This document shows positions 26,053 through 39,268 of a stretch of 60,000 nt of DNA, in pieces. This DNA comes from Callorhinchus milii (lineage: Eukaryota). Both the position numbers and the translations under genes were made by a program. The notes below the pieces were generated by a model. It saw nothing but the letters and a program-made list of their open reading frames with translations. It was not told the origin of the DNA and ran no database searches. Numbering within the stretch: the first letter of the stretch is position 1; each line of letters starts with the position of its first letter. The stretch spans positions 3,412,001 to 3,472,000 of the forward strand of contig NW_024704742.1 in NCBI RefSeq assembly GCF_018977255.1. The letters are read 5' to 3'.

Positions 26053-26059
26053 GGGGAGG
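25868..26059 (+). repeat. Polypurine microsatellite (GA)n/(GAAA)n/A-runs
   Basis: 192 nt that are all purine except one T at 25890. Confidence 0.95.
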
Positions 26060-28039
26060 CCTTTGTTTAACGCAGACTTAATAAAGTTTAAAAGCTAGAC
26101 ACGGTCCCTCAATATCCCACTGTCTTTTCTTTTCCCCCTTTCAGAGAGTCACTAATGATAATAATTATACGGAGCGATGGGCTTGCTCTATCCATCGCTC
26201 CCATTGTCCGCAGCGTTGCGAAAACACGCAGATTTATTTTGTGTTTAAACTCCTCCTGCACCTGTAGGTGCTTTACGAGCAGGACTCAGCTGCGAATTTC
26301 CGCCGCGGTCTAACAGCTTGGCGAAACTCGCTGTCGAGGCCTGGATGACAGACGGCCAGGACGAGGTACGAGAGGGCATTCGGAGCCTGTGAAAGTGTAC
26401 CCCAGAAGAGAGACGGAAGGGAGTCAAATGTTTACAGGAGTGGAGGGCGGAGGGAGGGAGAATGTTGGTGCTGAGACACCAAAAAGACCCACTGTAGAAT
26501 GATGACTGTAATAATAATAACAATCCTTGCACTTGATAATAGCGCCTTATCACGTCGTTAAGACGTCTCAAAGCGCTTCAGAGAATACACGGCAAAGTGA
26601 GCTGACCGTATATTTTGTGGGAGAGGCGCGTTCAGCCAATTACGCACAGCAGCGTCCCCACAAACAGTCGCGGATTGAGCGACCAAATTGTATGATATAT
26701 TTATGTATATATGTGTGCATGTGTATGGTAGAAGTGAAAGAAAAAGTGAATGCTGGCAATCCAAAACCATAACTCAAGGGCTAGAAAAACACACCACCTA
26801 AAAGAAGAAAAAAACAAGTTTATATTTTGGACACAACTCTGGCCAGAACAGTTTGATCCCAACAAGGGGCTTACCCGAAATGTTAACCAATTTGCTGCTT
26901 GACCTGCCGTGGATTTCCAGCGTTTCTGTTTTTATTATCTTATCGTGGTGGTTCAGAAGAAGGTTAATAACCATTGAAACCTTCTCTTGGGGCTTGTGAT
27001 GATAGATTACCGCCTTGAAATCGCTTCCAGGCATCTGTTAACCTCAATTTAACACCAACTGCAACAAGAATTTAGTGCTATTCTCGAGCACTTTTAACTG
27101 AAGCTGTTCGCTGTAATGGGTTAACACACTGGGGTCTAATGTGCGAGGCTCGATTATTTGACGAAGGGATTTGTCAGCAGTTGGCACCACTGGTACCCGG
27201 ACTGGACTGAGGCTGACACGTTTGAGCTCATCTCTTACTGGGCACCGGAAACCTTCATCAGACGCAATTCGGGTTTCCATTCACAGAGGAGATTGGCGTG
27301 CAAGAGAAGTGTCAGCCTGCGACAGATCTGGGTACCTGCAGGACGCCATACTTAAAACATCCTTTCGCAAACCCTCATGAATGAGTCCCCCCTGGCCCTT
27401 CGTCCCCATCGGATGGGTCCTCTCTGACAGCTTTAGTGCGGTGTCACACTGCTGTGTGAGAGCTGCTGGGCAGAGGTTGAGTGCAGAGCAGCCCTGCTGA
27501 AAGGCTATCAGCAAGTCACCTACTGACTTAGGTTTGAAGCAGCCCAGCTGGGTTTGTGCCGGAAGAAAAAAAGGTAGCTACCGAGAGCGCAGCAAGGATA
27601 ATTTAGGCACAGCTCCTCTCTAATCTGTTTCTCCCTCAATCCCACACCCCGCCTCGCCCTGCTGGTAGACCAGGTGTAACCGTGTCCAAGGCTACAGAAC
27701 CCATCGAGGGATTGATGACAAGAGACAGGTAGATGATTGAGAAGCAGGAATACTAAAGGATTCGCCAAGCAGGAGGCAGGGAAGTACAGGGTGTCCACAA
27801 AGTCCTCTTAACTCTCGTCACAAATACTGCGACGAGACGACGGGGGTTCTGAAACAAGCTGCCAGAGACGCATTTCGGTGGGGGGGGAAACTACCGTGAG
27901 GGTAACGAGACTTTGTGGATACCCTATAGTAATCAAGGGAGCAGTGACATTCAGTGCTGTGGATGGCCTGTGGTGAAGGGGGCTTGATGGACCAACTCTC
28001 CTGCTTCTAAATACCTATGTGGACAGTAACCTTCCTGGT

Positions 28040-28230
28040 TAGAGCCACACTACGCTCTGGGGTCCTCACACCTTGGCTCCTGCCAACCTACGCCTAATGC
28101 TTTCCGAAATTAGGTAAGCAGGATGAGTCCTGCCAGGGAGAGAGAGCACATTTCAATGTGGTTCGGATACTCTTAAGCACCCTGATGGGTTTTCTGTGTA
28201 TGTCAGACACCCAGCTGACTCCAAAAACAA
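28040..28230 (+). repeat. Family X 3' end
   Basis: GTCAGACACCCAGCTGAC hairpin followed by TCCAAAAAC. Confidence 0.7.
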
Positions 28231-28907
28231 AGGAGAAAAATGATTTACCCAGGAGACAAGTTTACCAAACGCCTTTGGAATACTTTTTTCACAAATAAGA
28301 TTTCATTCCCTCATTGAAAGTGACACTGAGTCCAGTAAAATTTTGCTCGATTAAATTTGTGCTTTGGCAGTCCTGTGAGTCGGTCGCAGACTTTATCAGC
28401 CGTTGAACAATAGGTGGTCTTTTTTTTCCCCGACTCTTAATCAATGGCTAAAATTATTTCGTTACACGCAGTCACACCACACCAGAATGTCTGCGCTGAT
28501 GAACCTTAAAGATCCTGAGGTACTATAATGAGCTATAACAAGGTGTTCTCCCTCATCCAAACTGTCGCTTATCAACATGCTTTTTCTGAGGGGGGGGGAA
28601 GACTTACTGGTGCAGGTATTAGCCGACTTATCGAGTCACAGCAACTCAAAGTAACTCACTGTGTGAATCGTTCTGAGACGTTCTAACGCGATACGGCAGT
28701 CTATTGAAAAGATGTTTTGTTACTTAAAATGTGCTGGTTGCAAATATCAGTGTGCATTACTCCTGTAACTGGTTTGAAACTGCTCTCAGATGTAACGTAT
28801 GCCTTAAGTGTTAGAAGGCGACCAGATGTCACTGGGTTAGTCAGCATTCTGACTCACCTGTCACGTAATGTGGGACCACTGAATTTCCAAGTGTCCAGAT
28901 CTCACAG

Positions 28908-28999
28908 CTGCTTAATGTACCATTATCAGCATCCAGAGACTATTTAATGTCCCGCTATCCATCTCTCGGGACTGCTTAATGTCCCATTATCTGCCTCTG
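28908..28999 (+). repeat. 32-bp degenerate minisatellite, about 3 units
   Basis: CTGCTTAATGT.CCATTATC motif at 28908, 28940 and 28972. Confidence 0.8.
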
Positions 29000-29282
29000 C
29001 TACGACCGACTACACAAGCACTTTGTCATCTGGTAAATTGTCTCACAAAACAATTTTCCGAGCTCGGTAAACAGAAGGAGAAGCAGCCAATCTGCAACCT
29101 GATAACATCATAGCTCCTGGCGTTGCAAAGCAATTCTCTTCATCTTGGTTTCTGGATGCTAATGCAAAGCAGCCAGCCAATAAATAGCTCGTTGCTTTGC
29201 CTGGCACCGCTGGATAGGAAATATTTCTCCAAATATTTTGCAGCCTTATCAATACCGTGTACGGCTGTCACATAAAGGCAAG

Positions 29283-29606
29283 GGAGTCCTGTAGCTCAGT
29301 GGTTAGAGCACTCACTTTGCAAGCGAGAGACCTGAGTTCAATTCCAGACAGACGGCGAAACCTTGGGCAAGTTTCCTTACTCCACACAGAGCCTAATAAT
29401 AATCCCTCCAAAACCAAAAACAATAATAAATTGGTCATTTTCAATCTACGACTGTTTGTGGGACATTGCTGTGCGCAATTGGCTGCCGCGTTCGCCCACA
29501 AATATACAGTCAATTCACTTTACAGTGTGTTCTGTGAAGCGCTTTGGGACGTCCTCCCGACGTGAAAAGCGCTATATCAAATGCAAGGATTATTATTATT
29601 ATTATT
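29283..29606 (+). mobile_element. Full-length tRNA-Ala SINE (short subfamily)
   Basis: Intact A and B boxes, core and (TTA)6 tail. Confidence 0.95.
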
Positions 29607-29699
29607 AAGGGTAGGGAGGGGGGCAAATTATCCTGGGAGTGTGGAGGGTCCATTCTTTTATCCTTTTACGACTGGAGTGGTTATAATAGGCTATAGCAA

Positions 29700-30110
29700 T
29701 CTCACAGATTTCACAAGATCACAAGACCGGTGTGGATGAACACGGTTCCTTCAGCCCATCTGATTTCATCCCTCCAGAAACCACACCACACCTCCCCACG
29801 TCAGTGCATCAAGCTGCTTTTTAAACAAGTCTAGCGCCTGGTCTCGACCACTGTCCCTGAGAACCTGATCCAGCTATTAATTACCTGAGTAAAGCAAAAC
29901 TTCCTGATGTGTGGCCTGAATTTGCCCTTTGCAACTCCAGAAACTACGTCCTCTCGTTCGACTTCTGTGGCACATTCGGAAGTGTTAATCTGGGTTTACT
30001 TTTCGATCCCTTTAAAATGTTACCCAACTTGATGAGATCCATCTGAGTCGTTTTCTTTCAAGATTGAAGAGCCCCAGCTTGTCTAATCGTTGTTCATAGC
30101 TCATCGCCAC
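29700..30110 (-). mobile_element. CR1 LINE 3' fragment
   Basis: Minus strand reads ATGAGCTATGAACAACGATTAGACAAGCTGGGGCTCTTCAATCTTGAAAG (SYE.RL..LGLF.LE) and has a CR1-type tail. Confidence 0.8.
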
Positions 30111-30458
30111 TGAAAGCTTTGTATTGCTAATGTGCACAACATGGGCTGCTTATCCTTCGCTGTTTAACACTGTCTCTCCAGTCCCTCTGCATCAACACAT
30201 AGCGGAGGGAGTGTGTTGCGCATGTGGGGCGGGGGAGGGAAGTGAACGCAGAACACCAGATCCGTCAAGGCAGCAGAACAAGAGGACACAGGTGCAGGGT
30301 TTCAATGAGCCATTTCATAACACTCACCAAGAAGTACCGAGACCACCCACTTGGTGTTCCTCAAATTGTTTCTTACATGAGTTAAGGGACCCTTTAATAA
30401 ATGTCGGAGTCACTTTATTGCCTTGATGTTTAGAATCAGAGAAACGTACAGCAAAGAA

Positions 30459-30827
30459 GAGTCCTGTAGCTCAGTGGTTAGAGCGCTCGCCTCGCAAGCG
30501 AGAGACCTGGGTTCGGATCCCGGGCAGGGGGCGAAATGTTGGGCAAGTTTCCTTACTCCACACGCCTCTGTTTACCGAGCAGTAAGTAAGAACCCGGTTG
30601 TTAGTCGATTGGCGGATCGTTTTTCCGGTGGAAATAATTCCTTTGAAAAAATAAATTGGTCACTTCAATCCACGGCTGTTCGTGGGGACGCTGCTGTCCG
30701 CAATTGGCTGCCGCGTTTCGCCCACAAAATATATAGTCCATTCACTTTACAATGTATTCTGTGAAGCGCTTTGAGGCGCCTCGAAGACGTGATCAGGCGC
30801 TATATCAAATGCAAGGATTATTATTAT
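30459..30827 (+). mobile_element. Full-length tRNA-Ala SINE (long subfamily)
   Basis: CGC anticodon loop, extra central segment and tail. Confidence 0.95.
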
Positions 30828-31869
30828 AGAAAGAGGGCATTCGGCCCATTGAGTCTGAAAAGTGAGCGGTCCATTCAATCCCACTGCTCCATCCTCTCCC
30901 CATACTTATTTATGTCTATATCTTTTTATTGGTATATTTTGTTACATTACATACATTTTCTTTGTATATATATATATACTGGTATTTTTTCAGCTGAAAA
31001 CAGACAGAGTCAGGATTCTCTGCAAATGTGAGGGTCAGTCTGAGGGTCAGCTTGTTAAAGTAAATCAATGTAACGTAAATAGGATAGGAGGCAGGACCTG
31101 AGGAAATCTAATCCAGAAGAAGTATCAGAGAAGTGTTTCGGGAGAAAGGGTCTCGAGCGATTAAAAAGTTCGCACGAATAGAAGGAACAGTAAGAACAAA
31201 GAAGTCAACAGGAACCGATGCTTAAAAAAGTAAAGAAAGGAAAAAGAACCGGAAGTTGAAAATGGAAATGGAAAGTCACCCGTGTAAGTCGATCAGAATT
31301 ACCACCACTTGTGCAGCACCTTACACTTGGGGCAGGGTCTCAAACGCCGCAGTGCGAAATCGTAAGGTACAAAATATATGACGCATTTCAGGTCACATTC
31401 AATGTGAAACGTTCACCTCAAAATCTCTAACAAAATATACCCACGACCAACTCCGTAACTCTGAAACCGCCCGCCTCAATCCCTCCGCCTTGCCCCCTTT
31501 CTTGCCATCTTCAGATCGCATCCAAGGACTTTCCTCTATGACCGTGCCTACGGTCTCCTTTGCCCCTCTCCCCTTTGGCAGCAGTGCTACGCGTGCCGAG
31601 ATCCTGCTCGCGTGAAGGGCACTACCTAAAGGCAGGTTGTTGTTTTTTAAAAAAAATAAATAACCTGTTGAACAAACAGGAAAGAAGAAGGTCCGGTTAA
31701 GGCGGAAAAGCAAAGCAATAAGAGTAGGAAGGGAAAGGAAAATCGAAGGGGGTGAAAAAACAGGTGAGGACAGGGCTGCATATTGCGGTTTATAGAATTG
31801 CTGTAATATCACTTCATTTGCACTTCTTTTCCCTTTCATTTTCTACTCCTTTGTATATTTTCCTTTCCA

Positions 31870-32330
31870 GCTCTGTACACGATCTTCCTTCAATCCTATG
31901 CGGGCGTGTGTGGTTTTTTTGTGACCGTCTCCTGATCCTTGACCGGATCTCCTGTTCCACGTTCCGGCTGGAGCCGTGCATTTCTCCCGGTGCTGCCGCC
32001 GACGCAGTTTCGCGTTACACGGACTCGAAGGTGGATCGTTTTTATCGCGAAACACAGTGCAGAAGGGCTCGCGCTCGTGCAAAATTGCTTGGAGTGCGAT
32101 GGCACGGTGCGGCCCAGAACGATGCCGGGCCGTTTGCGGTACTAAAATGGCCAACTTCCACGCGACGGCAGCTGCAGATCGTCAGGATGTTGGCAGCACC
32201 GGAGCACTGCAGCTTGAATGCACATTATCCCCGTTCTCTAATCCGTCTTCGAAAAGTAGGTGAAGTGTTTGTTCAGTCCGATCGAGTCAAGGGGAAGTAC
32301 CGACAGATAGCTACGCGCAACCCCTTTGCA
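31870..32330. other. CpG-rich unique segment
   Basis: Visibly high CpG density with no recognisable repeat; preceded by a long pyrimidine tract ending in CAG at 31870. Confidence 0.4.
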
Positions 32331-34753
32331 CGCAAAGTTAAGGAGGTGGAACTTTATTTTGTTCCATCAGGCCAAGGGCTAAAAGCTCTTGAGAGCCTTA
32401 GAAAAAGCTGGATTTACTATCGTGAATATTCACTTAGGATTACGATTGACTGTTGACTCTCGTTAACAGACGAGCTGCGCTGCACGCCAACGTCTTCACA
32501 TTATACGATTGAGCTCACTATCAAGTTAGCGCAGTGAAATTCCAAATCTATCGTAGATTTACTCTAATAAAGTAGCATTTGTTCGGAGCACGACAACTTG
32601 GCAAATTGTTGAATTCAGTCTGAACTTTGAAGCCGGCTTTCTGTCGTGCTAAAAATAACTTATGGAAAACCAGCATTAAATCTAAGGCTGCATTTAAGTA
32701 CAGTATCTGCCAAATTCTTCTGATTTCTGATTCTATTCGCAAATACACGAGCCCAGCTCACTCTGGGTCACCCCTGGCACTGCCTGGAGCAAACGTACTA
32801 AAAATGTCATCGATGTTCAGAGAAGCGGAATTTCACTTGGAATTCTGCCGTAAAAAGTGCTTCGGGATGTGACGTTAAACCGAGGTCCCCGTCTGCCTGT
32901 TCGGGTGGATGTTAAACATCCCATTTGAAACGAGAAGGCTGTTCTCCGGGTGGTATAGCCAACAATCCCCCTCCCACCCGCCCCCCCCCCCCCCCCGACA
33001 ATAAAATTGTTCGTTGACTTTGTTACTGCGTCTGGGATACTGCCGGACGCAAATTGGCTGGCCCTACCATTCTACTTGACAGTGAAATAAACTCCTGTGA
33101 AGCTCTTCGAGACGTTTTGACGACGTGATAAGGCGTTACATCGAACGCGAGGATTACTTGGGAAACTTTCCCCGCAGCCTTGTGTGGAAGCTGCAGCTTC
33201 GGCCCCGACACTGAAGGGGTCGTGACGTTGCCTTTAAAACCGTCAAGTGACTCACTCCTGCCTCTGCTCTGGCTGGCGGAGCGGCAAAACTTCCAGTCCG
33301 CGGCAATGGAAGAGCGGGAAGACCCCTCGTGTAGAATGCAGGCGGCGGGATCTTCCCACGGGAGAGTTTAGCGATCGACCACTGTCCAGGACGATGCCGT
33401 TGATGATGGTAACAGCTAAGGCTGTTCTGTCACGATAATCCCCTCCCCCTCCCCCTCCCCTCAGGACAGCCAACGTAATAAAAGATCTCCTTATGTTACT
33501 ACCAAAATCGCTTCCCGGATTGACTGAGCTGCTAACTGCACAGGGGGCGGGGAGGTGCCGGAAACTATTTGAGCCGTTATCCCACCCCCCCCCACCCACC
33601 CACCCACCCCGCCCGGCATTTTTTTGTCCCACGTTTCACTTTTATTTGGACAATTTGTCGTACAAATCACACATCAGCGTGAACCCTGAAGCACTGCAGC
33701 TGCTGTTGTGCTGAAGGGATTCCTTTAGGTTCCTGTCACCAAATCACCTTGCTGCTCTGGTATTGTCTGGCCTGACCTCTGGGCTGATTTGTAGCACGTT
33801 GACCTCTGGCCTTCTTAATAAACTGCAGCGCTTCAAGTCAGCAGCTCTGTTTGCCCCGGGCACTGCTCCAGCATTTGCCTCCAGCTCATCAGCCATTTCC
33901 CCTCTTCTCCCTCCTTAATCTTTCTTGGGTTCCGACGGACCACAAGCTCAGGCGAAAAGACCTCGAAAGACGAAGGAAGCAATAAGCGAGCGGGAGGTTT
34001 AGGTAAAAAACAAAAAAAAGACCTCGCCGTGGTGTTTAAAACCGTAAGATTAATCAATTAACGAATCACCCCTCTACTGGCACACACACACCGGTGCTTG
34101 GAAGCGTTTCCACTTGGTAGGAACCATGGAAAGTGAACTGCTGGAGGCTTGGGGGGGGGGGGGTGGAAGGTCAGCTACTGTGGCCGCAGAAACAAGGGCA
34201 AGTCTTTTCTTTTCAAAACCAAGGCTATTATTTTTGGCTGCTTCTCAAAACTGCTGGAAGTACATAACAGAATACCTTACACTGAGCTCCACTGTGTCCC
34301 AACTTCCCAACCCGTACTAAAAAATAATCAGTGGGCCACTTCCCAGCGCAGGCTTAACTCTTACGCGAGTCAACCTGTCGAGGTGGGCGCTGTGCAAACT
34401 TTTGTCGTCTTGCAGGCTAAAAGTAAAACCTAACGAAAAGTGCCTTCGGAATTAATTTATGTAATATATCCTTATACTTCTGATATCCCACCTTTCAGGT
34501 CGAGAAGAAGCCACGGGATACGCCGTACCGTGTCTGCCGTGTTTGTAGGTGAATGCAGCAGACGATTTGTGCGCAGCAATGTCCTACAAACAGCCACGGC
34601 AGAGAGTCATTTTATCTGGAGGATTGTTGGTCAGGTCACTGAGCGGATTTTTAATGTCCACCTTGAAAGATAGGTGGGATCTTGTCGGTTTCATGTCTCA
34701 CCTAGCGTCTCCAACAATTCAGCGCATCTCAAGCACTGTCATCCCAGGCTTCA

Positions 34754-34785
<32 letters not shown>

Positions 34786-35030
34786 TCCTTGTCTTTGATA
34801 TAGCGCTTTTCATGTCTTCTCGACGTCTCAAAGCGCTTCGCAGAATATACTGTCAAGTGAACTGACTGTATATTTGTGGGCGAAACGGAGCAGCCAATTG
34901 CGCACAGCAGCGTCCCCACAAACAGTCGTGGATTGAAGTGACCAATTTGTTATCGTTATTTTTCTTGAAGGGTTACTATCAGGCGTGTGGAGTAAGGCAA
35001 CTTGCCCACGGTTTCACCCTGGCCAGGAAT
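34754..35030 (-). mobile_element. tRNA-Ala SINE inserted in an older Deu-SINE
   Basis: Flanked by a Deu body (34460-34740) and a Deu head remnant (35035-35100). Confidence 0.8.
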
Positions 35031-36829
35031 CACAGCTCTAACGTGGGGTTTGAATCCACAACACTCTGACCATCCAGGATGACACACTGACCATCTAGAC
35101 CCAGGTGAAGTGTCTCTTCACAAATGTAACTTTTTTTTTTACAGTTTTATTTCATTTTGAGCTGGAGAATAAAAAAGTGCCGTGCATTCTTTTGTCTTAA
35201 GACCTTTTTATTATTAAATTCAGGCCCAGCTGGAAAGCCAGAGGGCACAAACGTGTACCTCTGGTTATTTATTGAGGTGCATCAGAGCAATGGAAAATAT
35301 GTTGTGCCAATCAACAGATAGCATGACATACATCATCACGCCTTCGAAGCAAAGACTGGGAGGAACGCAAAATCAATCCAGTGCCGATGGAATCAAGATT
35401 GCGGCATGTGATATCAGCACTGGTGAAAACGATCACACTGACCCAAAAATATGCCTGGGGCCTTGAGCAATGTTGCTCTCCCAGAACATTAATCAGTTAT
35501 GGCTGCCTTCTGGGTCCATGTAATATCACATGCCACATTTCTGACCCTGACACATGGCTCGGGATCTCAAACACTAATTCATTAATTTATTCTATAAACA
35601 ACAACAACAACAACTTGCATTTATACAGCGCCCTTCACACCGGGTAGCGTCCCGGGAAGCGCGATCAAAAAGTGCCACACAAAAGTGTAAACACCAACCA
35701 GGAACGTCGGACAAACCTGACAAATATTCCAATGAAGGCAAACAAAAAAAGGCCTGAAAGCACAGGGAGAATCCCGCACAAACTCCCAACAACAAATTAC
35801 ATTTGTACAGCGCCTTTCACGTCAGGAGGATGTCCCAAGGCACTGGACCAATTCTATTAATAATAATAGTCCTTGCATTGGATATAATCGACTAACAACC
35901 GGCTTCCTTCTTACTGCTAGGTAAGCAGAGGCATGTGGAGTAAGGAAACTTTCGGGAATCGAACCCAGGTCTCCTTGCTTGGGAGGCGAGTGCTCTAATC
36001 ACTGAGCTAAGACAACAACAACAACAACAACAGAATTACATTAGTATAGCCCCTTTCACGTCGGGAGGACGTCGCAAGGCGCTGGACGACCAGCGTTTCG
36101 GACCTGAGCTGGGGGCTGCAGGATTCCACGATTGTATTCTCTCAATGACGTGTGAGCCACTCGCCGTTCCCTATTGAGCAGCTCAGTGAAACAAGGGCGT
36201 TCTCAGAAGTCACTGGATAAAACTCTTGTTTTTCTTCTTGCGTTTCGTGGCAAACAAAGCTCTCTTTTTTGCCAAAGCAAGCACAATTATTGGTTGTGCA
36301 GATTTATTATAATCTCCCTCGACAAACTCCCAATTCCAAAAATGCCACTAAATACTTGCAACAGTTATTACTACTGTGCCATGTTTAAAGTTATTCAATT
36401 GCAATGTTGGTCTATTGCGTATGTGTACATTTCAGGTAACAAGAGGTTGTTTGCACGCGGACGCCAACAAATAAATGAAATGAAACAGAGTCGTGCTTGC
36501 TTCATGCTGTAACATCACTTCCAGCAGCAGAAAGATTTGGAGTGGGCGCCGGGTTTGATTTTCAGCCCCTGTTGCTTTTGCGGGACTTTGAGAAGAGTTC
36601 TGCGCTCGTGCAACTAAGCTCACGGATTCAGGAAAAAGTAGACTGTTGATTTAACTAGAGAACCTATGTACCACCTCCCCAACCCACGGTCCATCTAACC
36701 AACCCCAGGTCTACGAAGCCAACGCACAGTCCACCTAGTTGTCCAATTGAATGGTTTCTCTCTCAGGTTTCTGACCGTCAAAATTGGCTGCTATCTTTTT
36801 CTCTGCGTTTTGAAGAGAAAGACAAGATG

Positions 36830-37225
36830 GTGCGTGTCAGCCTAGCTGGTTTGCTAGCTCACCTCTGAATCAGAAGGTTGTGCGTCCGAGCCCCACTTTG
36901 GGACTTGCAGCTCGTATCGTCTAAGCTGACGCTCCAGTGAAGTGCTGGGGATTGCTGTTTGGTCGGAGGTGCCGTCCTTCAGATTCAAAAAGAAAAGGGA
37001 GTTCCTCCCGGTGTCCTGGACAACTATCCCCCAAATAAATTTGGTCATTCACTTTGTGGCTGTTCGCAGGACACGGCTGTGCGCAAATTGCCCGCCGTGT
37101 TCACCCACAAAATCATACAGGCACTAACTGCACTTTACAGTGCATCCCGTGGGAACTTCTTTGAGACATCCTCCTGGCATGAAAAGGGCCTCGCCAAATG
37201 GAAGGATAGTCTTTATATTATTATA
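36830..37225 (+). mobile_element. Deu-domain SINE with internal deletion
   Basis: GTGTCAGCC head, GGGAGTTCCTCCCGGTGTCCTGG block and tail. Confidence 0.8.
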
Positions 37226-38859
37226 TTTTGAAGCAGCTTTTAAAAACCTCAGAACATCGTTTTCAACTTTATGTTTGGGTCAGTATCCGGCAAAGGAGTG
37301 TGACACACACTTCCCTTTCTATTCCACAATGCAGCATTATCCCTCAGCACTGTGTTGGAAGGTCAACCGAGACTCTCCGAGTTCAAAGACTCCGTTGTGG
37401 GGTTTGAACCCACAACATTCTGACTCTGGCAAGAGCGCTACCAACTGAGCCAGGCTGACAACTAATTGGGATTGGGGGGAGATAAGAAGTGAGTTCATTC
37501 TCAGTTTGAAAGAATAAGCCACTTGAAAGCTTTGTTATGTGACTCGGGTCATTAATAAATGATGAATGGCACAGGCTCTGGAGCAAGCTTGCAAGGTCAA
37601 CCCGCCATCACTGGGGTGCATTGGAGAGTGCTGAGAGGCTGCGTGCAAAAAAAAAAAATAGGTTTATAATCAAAACAGTTTGGCCTTAAATAGGAATTTC
37701 TGCAGAAATTAATGGGAAGAAAATCTGCAAATACATTAAAAGTTCCTCTTGAAAAGAACGTATTGTTCTCTGGCGTTTTTTGGTGGTGGTGGGGGGGGGG
37801 TTGAGTGGAAAAGCCTGCATTTAATTTTCGACGTTTAGTGCATTTTTCATTTGACCTTTAATTGTGTAAGTGTTGCCACAAAACAAAGTGCAAGGATTGA
37901 TGTGCAATCCATCGCTAACATCCGCGCTTTTTAACACGGTGACACATTAAATATAAATCTCCATAAATAAAAAATGGTGCAATTATGGACAACTGCTCCA
38001 TTTATAAATGGTGTAATTGTACTCATAATAACAGTGGTGAAGCCAAAATCTGCCAAGGGGAGTACAAATGTATTGACACCACAAATATGCGCTTGGAATA
38101 TCGTCCATATGGACTGAATTCAGCAATCTGTACGAAGAGCTTCAACTCGTCTGCAATAAATATCACAGGCAGCTTTTTGGAAGGGTGCAAGTGGAAGCTC
38201 TTTGTCATTAAATTAGAACAGATCACCTGCCTTATCTGAAGATAAACATTACACAGCGCTCTACAGATGTTAACTCACTCTCCTGAACCAAATAACAACC
38301 CCTGCTGTCTGCTGGCTGTGCCAAACCTATGAGTACAGAGGCTGTTTCCAAACCACCAGCCGCAGCTGGATGTACACGCCTGGTACTATTGTGCTGCTGT
38401 TCTTACATTACCAGATTGTCTCCTGAGGCAAGCCTGGCTTTGGAGACAACTAGCAGTGGGAAACTGCCAGCTTTCCCACTGCTGGATTTCGGAGAAGGCT
38501 AACTAACCTCGAGCCTCAGCTCGGAGGAGATCTCATTCCATGATGAAAACAATCGGGGGAGAGACCAACGTTCACTTTGCTCAAATAGCACCGTGATGCC
38601 AAGCAGTCTTGAGTGTGGCGCAAAACCACTAGAAGTTTAGCTTCACCAGGTCCACGGCCCACATTACAGCAGGAGGACATGCAGCAGGTTCAGAACCAAT
38701 GTCGCCTGATATTCGTAGTCGATCTATTGGTCTCAAACGACCACTGGACACTGACGTCTGAGGCGTTTGAGGTAGTTACATCATGATGTTACACCTTTGT
38801 GTCTGTGCGGAATGCCATTCATTCCACCGCAAGCTCTCGCCACCTCCCCCGTTTGGTGT

Positions 38860-39268
38860 CGGGTATCAGTTTGGCTCAGTTGTTGGCCCTCTTGCCTCTG
38901 AGTCATGAGCTCCATCTCAGAAACCTTGAGCTCATCGCTGAGGCTGTCGCTCCCAATATAGTGTTGGGGGAGCGACGCATGGTTGGAGATGCCATCCTTT
39001 GAATCGAGATGTTAAACCAAGGTCTCGTCTGCCTGTGAACGTGGATGTTAAAGATGACATGGTACTATTCGAAAAGAGAAGTGAGTTTCTCCTGGTTTCC
39101 TGGCCAACAATCCCTCCAATAAAACTGGTTGTGCAAACTGGCTGCCACATTCATCCATAAAACACGCAGTCACTCCACTTTGCAGTGTAACCTGTGGGAT
39201 ACTTTGGGACATCCTTTGATGTGAAAGACACTATACCAAATGTAAGGGTTATTATTATTATTATTATT
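38860..39268 (+). mobile_element. Deu-domain SINE
   Basis: TGGCTCAGTTG head, Deu core and (TTA)n tail. Confidence 0.85.

Noticed and set aside
25889..26098. Lys/Arg/Glu-rich ORF
   Set aside because: Translation of the (GAAA)n microsatellite.
27205..27280. Penelope-type hammerhead ribozyme (minus strand CTGATGAAGG...CAAACGT)
   Set aside because: The GAAA core is missing and stems I-III cannot be built. The same applies to 2483 (TTGATGA), 40691 and 46864.
29283..29355. tRNA-Ala gene (also at 16337, 18750 and 30459)
   Set aside because: No paired acceptor stem, and it runs directly into the SINE body; these are SINE heads.
29363..29608. Recurrent ORFs MGKFPYST../..RNWLPRSP..KCKDYYY
   Set aside because: SINE translations, not a gene family.
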